From an uncultured archaeon (GTDB taxonomy: Archaea > Asgardarchaeota > Lokiarchaeia > Sigyniarchaeales > Promethearchaeaceae), in the NCBI GenBank assembly GCA_964426185.1, contig CAYRPF010000010.1, forward strand, positions 26,186 through 58,185: DNA of 32,000 nt, given 5' to 3'. Positions 26,998 through 32,000 of this stretch are shown here, piece after piece (position 1 is the stretch's first letter; every line of letters starts with the position of its first letter). A model generated the notes under the pieces. The model made no database searches, was not told the DNA's origin, and saw nothing but the letters and a program-made list of their open reading frames with translations. The position numbers and the translations under genes are program-made.

Positions 26998-28134
26998 ATG
27001 ACTAAAAATCCAAGTATTTTTGAATATTTTATAGACCAAAATTGCATCGTATATAAGTTCCCTAATTATTTACTAATATATAGAGGCGTAATTCTTACAA
27101 ATATTTCATACTATCGAGAAATAAATAAGAAATTGCAAGAGATTAGTCAAAAAAAAATCAATTCTATTATTTATATTTCTCCTTTGAAAAAACAAACAAC
27201 TCTTTGGTTTCATTCGAGAAATTTTGATTTATCTGATTTTAATTCAATTGTTAATAATCTATGTTTAAAATATTCCAATTATATTAAAGAAATTCCTGAT
27301 GATTCAATTGTGGATGAATTTTTTATACATCCTTACATCCAAAATGAGAATTTTATTATTCTTGATGATAAGTCCAATGGAAAATTCGAAATAAAAGCAA
27401 ATCTCCAGAAATCAGTTTTCCTTTATAAAATTATTTTAGAAAACAAACGAAATCAGATTGAAAATAATCAATTTTTACAAGAATTCTTTGATTATTTGAT
27501 AATTGCTAGAATCCCTGGAATAATTCAATTGAAAATACCGGAAAACTTGTTTCATAAAGTATGTATTATAATTTTTCTTGAGAAATTAGAATCTAAAATT
27601 GCTTTTGAAGGATATTTAAAATCCCTTCAGATTTTGAGCATGATCAAGTTTGAAAAAATAAAAATTCAAGATTTCAGGCGAATTTTACAAAAAAAAATAA
27701 TAAAACCACATTACCAAATGAATTTTAATGATTTTTACAATAAATTCTTCAGAAACCTAGAAAAGAATAAGCAAATTACACAATTGGAGAATAATTCTGT
27801 GAAATTACTAGAAAAATTAGATCTTGAAAATTCTGGATTGTACAAATTATCTACAAATATCTACAGAAATGAAATTAATCAATTTCTTTTCTTGTTAACA
27901 ATAGAAACATTTCCCAATTTAGTTTTCATTCTAAAAAATTACTATAGAAGCTGTAAATCTTTATTTATTATTTCATCAAATCTGGAATTGATTAAATTAA
28001 TAAAAAACAGAAGTAACATCGAAAAACTACCAAAAATCTCCTTCTTCTTCATCCAAAATCCAAAAAAATTTCTTGAAAATTGCTTAAACTATGAAAAACC
28101 AATTTCTTCAAAATCGTTGCATTTGTCCAATTAA
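26998..28134 (+). CDS. Hypothetical soluble protein
   Basis: 378-aa ORF, divergent from the TFB paralog; no recognisable motif. Confidence 0.6.
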   Translation: MTKNPSIFEYFIDQNCIVYKFPNYLLIYRGVILTNISYYREINKKLQEISQKKINSIIYISPLKKQTTLWFHSRNFDLSDFNSIVNNLCLKYSNYIKEIPDDSIVDEFFIHPYIQNENFIILDDKSNGKFEIKANLQKSVFLYKIILENKRNQIENNQFLQEFFDYLIIARIPGIIQLKIPENLFHKVCIIIFLEKLESKIAFEGYLKSLQILSMIKFEKIKIQDFRRILQKKIIKPHYQMNFNDFYNKFFRNLEKNKQITQLENNSVKLLEKLDLENSGLYKLSTNIYRNEINQFLFLLTIETFPNLVFILKNYYRSCKSLFIISSNLELIKLIKNRSNIEKLPKISFFFIQNPKKFLENCLNYEKPISSKSLHLSN

Positions 28135-28142
28135 ATATAAAA
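28131..28142 (+). promoter_or_regulatory. Probable TATA box of the SRP RNA gene
   Basis: TTAAATATAAAA lies about 20-25 nt upstream of the predicted SRP RNA 5' end. Confidence 0.5.
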
Positions 28143-28155
28143 ACAATGTTCTATT

Positions 28156-28484
28156 ATGTACATTGATCGTGGGGATCTAGGCAATCCCTTGAAACTCTAT
28201 ACAGAGTGGAGCCGTGCCTATAGCGGACTGAGAAAATTTCGAAGGAATATGATTCTTTTTGGAGAAATATTCTTACTAACCAATGATACACTCCCTATTT
28301 GAGATGGGTTACGGTAAAGTCGTTTTTGTAGGAAAACGATAATTACCTTAAAGAACAAAAACGATCAGGCCAGGGATGGAGCAATCGTAAGTTCAATAAC
28401 TCATGCACAAGTTGTGGGGTGTTAAGGTCCAAGAATATGGACTCAAATAGATGATTATTTTTGACAAATTGATCACTGATATAT
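28156..28484 (+). ncRNA. ffs: Archaeal signal recognition particle (7S) RNA
   Basis: Helix 8 ACGAT-CAGG-CCA-GGGA-TGG-AGCA-ATCGT (SRP54 site). Helix 6 GTCGTTTTT-GTAG-GAAAACGAT (GNAR loop). Alu helix 3 GGGAT/ATCCC with loop TAGGCA complementary to TGCCTA in the helix 4 loop. Terminal pairing CATTGATC/GATCACTG. Ends approximate. Confidence 0.9.
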
Positions 28485-28829
28485 TAACTGGAGAAGCAAG
28501 AATAAGAAATTAATTAACAAGGTAATAAAAACTCCCGTTAGTAATAGAGCTAATTTTACTTTAATTAAATATAATTGGTTAAATATAATTAGGTTTGATT
28601 TTATAGCAATTGAATTAAAAGAAATAAACTTATACATCTCGAGCAGAATACCATTTCTTATTTGAATTAATCTTAATGTTAAAATTTCTTGAATAAAAAA
28701 AACAAAACCTTTAATATAGCTATTAGGAATTATATGAAAAAAAAGTGAAAATAATACAAAGAGAATACATAAAATCTGAAAAGTTCGAAAAATATATATT
28801 AAATTAAAATTCAAAGTTATGGAAATCAT
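28473..28829 (-). CDS. Hypothetical small membrane protein
   Basis: Hydrophobic 118-aa ORF starting 14 nt after the GTPase stop on the same strand; very AT-rich. Confidence 0.45.
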   Translation of the reverse strand: MISITLNFNLIYIFRTFQILCILFVLFSLFFHIIPNSYIKGFVFFIQEILTLRLIQIRNGILLEMYKFISFNSIAIKSNLIIFNQLYLIKVKLALLLTGVFITLLINFLFLLLQLIYQ

Positions 28830-28843
28830 GATTATTCGGTTTT

Positions 28844-29428
28844 CTAATTAACAAGGATGGATGGAAATATCATTCCAAGTATTTTCTTAAATGCTTCCAA
28901 TATTCCAGAACTTTCAATAGCAATTGTTTGAATTAAGTGAATTTTTTCATTATTTTCTAATCCAAAGGATTCTGAAATTTCTTTTGAATCAATTAAATCA
29001 TCTAAATCTCTTTTATTTAAACAAATAACAACTGGTAATTCCTTGATTTTTTCTTGTAAATAGAAATTTAACTCTTTCCAAGAAGTTACATTATCTTTGA
29101 AATACTTTCTTTGAGAATCAACAATAAACATAATCCCATCAATTCCATAAAGAGTTGAAGGCCGAGTTGACGCATAGAAATCTTGGCCTGTTGCAGTGTA
29201 TAATGAGATTTTAACCGTCCATTCACTTCCTTTAAGCTGCAAAATTCCAAAATCAAAAAACAAAGTTCTACCTGTCGTTGTGTTTATTGAGGTGACTAAA
29301 TTCTCTTTATTAAACACACGAAATAAACTTCTCAAACTTGTAGTCTTTCCAGACATTGCACAGCCATAATATACTATTTTAATTTGAATTTCCCTTTTTT
29401 TGTAATTTATTATCATATTTATCCCCAT
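28844..29428 (-). CDS. MglA-type small Ras-like GTPase
   Basis: INYKKREIQIKIVYYG, P-loop GCAMSGKTT, switch I GRTLFFDF, G3 variant YTATGQ, G4 NKRD. Confidence 0.92.
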   Translation of the reverse strand: MGINMIINYKKREIQIKIVYYGCAMSGKTTSLRSLFRVFNKENLVTSINTTTGRTLFFDFGILQLKGSEWTVKISLYTATGQDFYASTRPSTLYGIDGIMFIVDSQRKYFKDNVTSWKELNFYLQEKIKELPVVICLNKRDLDDLIDSKEISESFGLENNEKIHLIQTIAIESSGILEAFKKILGMIFPSILVN

Positions 29429-30318
29429 AAACTTTCAAATGTATCAGAAAAATTTGAAGTATTTTGCATATTCAATAGATGCATGAAATTTTCACTCCAT
29501 TCATTATCAATAAATTGTAGAATTCTTTCAATAGGAGCTTGCTTATATGCAATTGTTCCAAATAAAACTCTAGGTGAAATATTTGTTTTAATATTAAGAT
29601 CGTACAAAATTTGCATCCGATGAAGAATGTTTATTGACCTTTTACAAGCATTGAAAAAATTCAAGATTTCCTTTTTAATAATGTTTTCTTTGATTTCCTT
29701 TTCTTCAATCTCAAAATTCATAATTGAATTTTTCTTTTCTTGAGGAATTTTTCGAAATTTTGTTTTTTTTGCAATAATTCGCTTCATTTTTTCAATCTCT
29801 ATTTCTGTACGATTAATTGCGTTCTCATAAATCCATTTTTCTAATTTTAAATCGAAATTTGGGAAAATTCTACCTACTATTTCTGTTTTTAAATTTGTAT
29901 TTCCAATTTCGAGTTTTAAAAAGTAATTTGTTTTTGCATATAATTCATTATAAACTTGTATATAATTTGTATACGAATTTTTGTCAATTAATACTCCAAA
30001 TATCCAAGATTGGAAAGTGTCAATATTTTTGATTGCATTTTGTATTGCGTGTGGAAAACATAAAAAAACATTTCGTTCAATATTTAAATCACTATCTTCA
30101 TAATTTGAAATTTCCATGAAGTCAATTTTATTGATAAAATCGGAGAGAAATATTAACTTGTTTCGAAAGGGGATTAAATCTGCTAGTTCATTAATAATAT
30201 CATCAATCCTTTGTTCATCATCTGATAAAACTACTATTGGAATTCGATCCAAAAGACATTTAATCAATAAAGATACATCTTCAATCTCTGAACAACTAAA
30301 AACATTTATTAGATCCAT
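29419..30318 (-). CDS. Hypothetical protein with a candidate cDENN-like domain
   Basis: LLIKCLLDRIPIVVLSDDEQRIDDIINELADLIPFR...SWIFGV matches by eye the cDENN core pattern (hydrophobic strand-S, helix, LL-PF, later hhhG). Overlaps both neighbouring genes. Confidence 0.55.
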   Translation of the reverse strand: MDLINVFSCSEIEDVSLLIKCLLDRIPIVVLSDDEQRIDDIINELADLIPFRNKLIFLSDFINKIDFMEISNYEDSDLNIERNVFLCFPHAIQNAIKNIDTFQSWIFGVLIDKNSYTNYIQVYNELYAKTNYFLKLEIGNTNLKTEIVGRIFPNFDLKLEKWIYENAINRTEIEIEKMKRIIAKKTKFRKIPQEKKNSIMNFEIEEKEIKENIIKKEILNFFNACKRSINILHRMQILYDLNIKTNISPRVLFGTIAYKQAPIERILQFIDNEWSENFMHLLNMQNTSNFSDTFESLWG

Positions 30319-31340
30319 TTTTCTCCTCCCAAAGGTAACTGATTAAAAATTGAATCAATCTTTATTGAAGGAACCAAACTATCCGATTTTTCTGCATTAT
30401 GAAGAATTTTTTCCAATTTCTTACAATATTTAGGTATTATCAGCCTAAGAAGACCTAATTTCTGTCTTCCTTTTATTATTTTTGCTGAAAATATTGCATT
30501 TTCAACTTTGTTTATAAATTGGAATTCATCAATACATTCAAGCAAGATTGAACTAACATGCATTCTTTTTAACTGCCAGGCACATTCGTCTGAAGTAAAA
30601 AATAAAGAATTGCTCAATGTTGCTTCTTTTTCTAAGTCTTCTTGAGATTGATGTAATCCATTAATAAAACTTGAAAGGATAAACCCCCCCTCAAAAGAAA
30701 CGATTGTATTGATTAAATCAAAAGTATTACTCGCAAATTCTTCGAGGAGTTTATCAATCATTTGATATGTTGTTTGTGAAAAACTTATAGAATATATTGG
30801 TATTCTTTCCTTTTTTTTCGAGACTTCAAATTTTTCTTGAGCAGAATTTAAAAATTCTTGCATTTCGGAAGATGAATAGTGTCTTTTTGGTGGTTTGAAT
30901 GAATTCTTAGACAAGACTAGACATTTCTTTATTTCAGTGAGACTATTTCTAATTTTTAAGAAAATCCCGCCTAAATTAACATCTGCACGCGTTGTTAAAG
31001 CAACATAAAATTCATCATCACAACCAGGCAAATTCTGAGTTTGAATGACTTTATTAACTGTAGAACTTCCGTAATTTTTAAGAGGAGTTATTAAAATCTT
31101 AGCAATTTTTCCCTCAATTAAAATATATTTTAATTTTTCATTATACAAGCTCAAACCACAATTATATATTGCAGAAGTTGCAGCACATATTCTAAAAAGT
31201 TCTTCTTTTGAAAGTAAAATACCGCTATGTTGTATAGGATTACCATCACGTTGTGTTAGCACAACATTTTCGACTCCCTTTGTCGCCTTAATAATATCTA
31301 AATACGTTTTGATTTTAGTTGACAGGGAAATTTTCTTCAC
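30309..31340 (-). CDS. Tandem roadblock/LC7 (MglB-like) domain protein
   Basis: Domain 1: GVENVVLTQRDGNPI...ICAATSAI...YILIEGKIAKILI...NLGGIF. Domain 2: NTIVSFEGGFIL...SILLECIDEFQFI...KLGLLRL. GTG start. Confidence 0.88.
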   Translation of the reverse strand: MKKISLSTKIKTYLDIIKATKGVENVVLTQRDGNPIQHSGILLSKEELFRICAATSAIYNCGLSLYNEKLKYILIEGKIAKILITPLKNYGSSTVNKVIQTQNLPGCDDEFYVALTTRADVNLGGIFLKIRNSLTEIKKCLVLSKNSFKPPKRHYSSSEMQEFLNSAQEKFEVSKKKERIPIYSISFSQTTYQMIDKLLEEFASNTFDLINTIVSFEGGFILSSFINGLHQSQEDLEKEATLSNSLFFTSDECAWQLKRMHVSSILLECIDEFQFINKVENAIFSAKIIKGRQKLGLLRLIIPKYCKKLEKILHNAEKSDSLVPSIKIDSIFNQLPLGGEKWI

Positions 31341-31367
31341 CTATTTTTACTTTTTATTTCTGTCAGA

Positions 31368-31377
31368 TTATATAAAA
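31368..31377 (-). promoter_or_regulatory. Probable TATA box of the roadblock-DENN-GTPase operon
   Basis: TTTTATATAA on the minus strand about 28 nt upstream of GTG 31340, compatible with a leaderless or short-leader mRNA. Confidence 0.55.
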
Positions 31378-31399
31378 TCCTAACATTTTTTTCCTTCTT

Positions 31400-31595
31400 C
31401 TCCCATAGTTGATTAGCACCAATTCATTCATCCCGTTTTGCCCAAACTCCAACCTTATGCTTCATTAAGACATAGTCAATCAATTACTATACCTTAGTCA
31501 TGGTGCCGATTGGCACCACAATCACGCTAAAATGTTAGGCTCATCCTCAGCAAATTACTGAAACTCACGTAACTCACTGTCCCAAGGACTTAAAC
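31400..31595 (-). ncRNA. Putative structured ncRNA with C/D-like boxes (U3-like candidate)
   Basis: GC-elevated non-coding island. Hairpins at 31501-31518 (TGGTGCC/GGCACCA) and 31466-31496 (11 bp, with G-U pairs that form only on the minus strand). GAGGATGA and TAGCGTGA motifs. Ends approximate. Confidence 0.6.
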
Positions 31596-31839
31596 AAGAT
31601 GTTAAAATCTAAAGAAATCTCAAATTTTCTAAAGAATTTTCATATTTTGATGATACAAAACTTTTTAAGATTCTTTTTTCATAAAATTAAAATTCTGAGA
31701 TTTTTCTTATCTTTTCTTTAACTTTTTTTTTCAAAGCCATTGAATGTTAAAATTTATTAAGGAAGAATCTCCAATAAAGTTTTTAATGAGACATTCGATA
31801 TGTTTAAATTAGGATTTACATTGTATATTTTGTAGTTGG

Positions 31840-32000
31840 AAACAACTCATTCCCATGTCAATCGGCGTGAATATGGATCAACGACATAGGTCTTGGAGAT
31901 GAAGTATTCCTTTCCTTGAACATGGGTGAACTATGAGGTCCTCCGAGGAGGACTGAAGTTGTTATGCACAGATGGTCGGTAAGTAAACGACCCCCAAAAA
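31840..32000 (+). ncRNA. Structured non-coding RNA, probably a pre-rRNA leader (5' ETS); may continue past the window edge
   Basis: GC-elevated, no ORF. CCCATGT/ACATGGG helix (31852-31858/31920-31926); K-turn-like hairpin 31929-31960; GGTCG/CGACC hairpin 31974-31992; TTTAAAT box at 31803-31809 upstream. The rRNA itself is not in the window. Confidence 0.55.

Noticed and set aside
17888-30346. Shadow ORFs 17888-18304, 22557-22754, 23471-23656, 24189-24419, 29384-29623, 29817-30032, 30116-30346
   Set aside because: They overlap confident CDSs or the tRNA and have no independent support.
31400-31595. RNase P RNA, tRNA or 5S rRNA identity for the structured island
   Set aside because: It lacks the GAGGAAAGUCC and AACAGAA-type P4 motifs, a cloverleaf, and recognisable 5S motifs.

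Overview
Low-GC archaeal chromosomal DNA, most consistent with an Asgard archaeon of the Lokiarchaeia type. This is an inference from the class I LysRS, archaeal ABCE1/uL3/uL4/uL23/eS17, Orc1/Cdc6, a TFB paralog, roadblock plus MglA-like GTPase genes, and a DENN-like protein. Housekeeping content: pyrI, lysS, ABCE1, rpl3-rpl4-rpl23, rps17e, tRNA-Glu(CTC), a tRNA methylthiotransferase and SRP (7S) RNA. Accessory content: a divergent Tad/Flp-like type IV pilus cluster with Orc1/Cdc6 and a wHTH gene inside it, and a large PKD-repeat surface protein carrying a nearly perfect 255-bp tandem duplication. The most notable candidates are: (1) an unannotated ~200-nt structured minus-strand RNA (31400-31600) with U3 snoRNA-like boxes and antisense elements, divergent from a second structured RNA (31840 to window end) that carries a U3 box A-like complement to the conserved 16S rRNA 5' end; (2) a tandem-roadblock + cDENN-like + MglA-type GTPase operon; (3) an EMC6-like 3-TM domain fused to an extracellular beta-propeller; (4) a subtilase with site-1-protease (MBTPS1)-like architecture. 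All homology calls come from motif recognition by eye; no searches were run.
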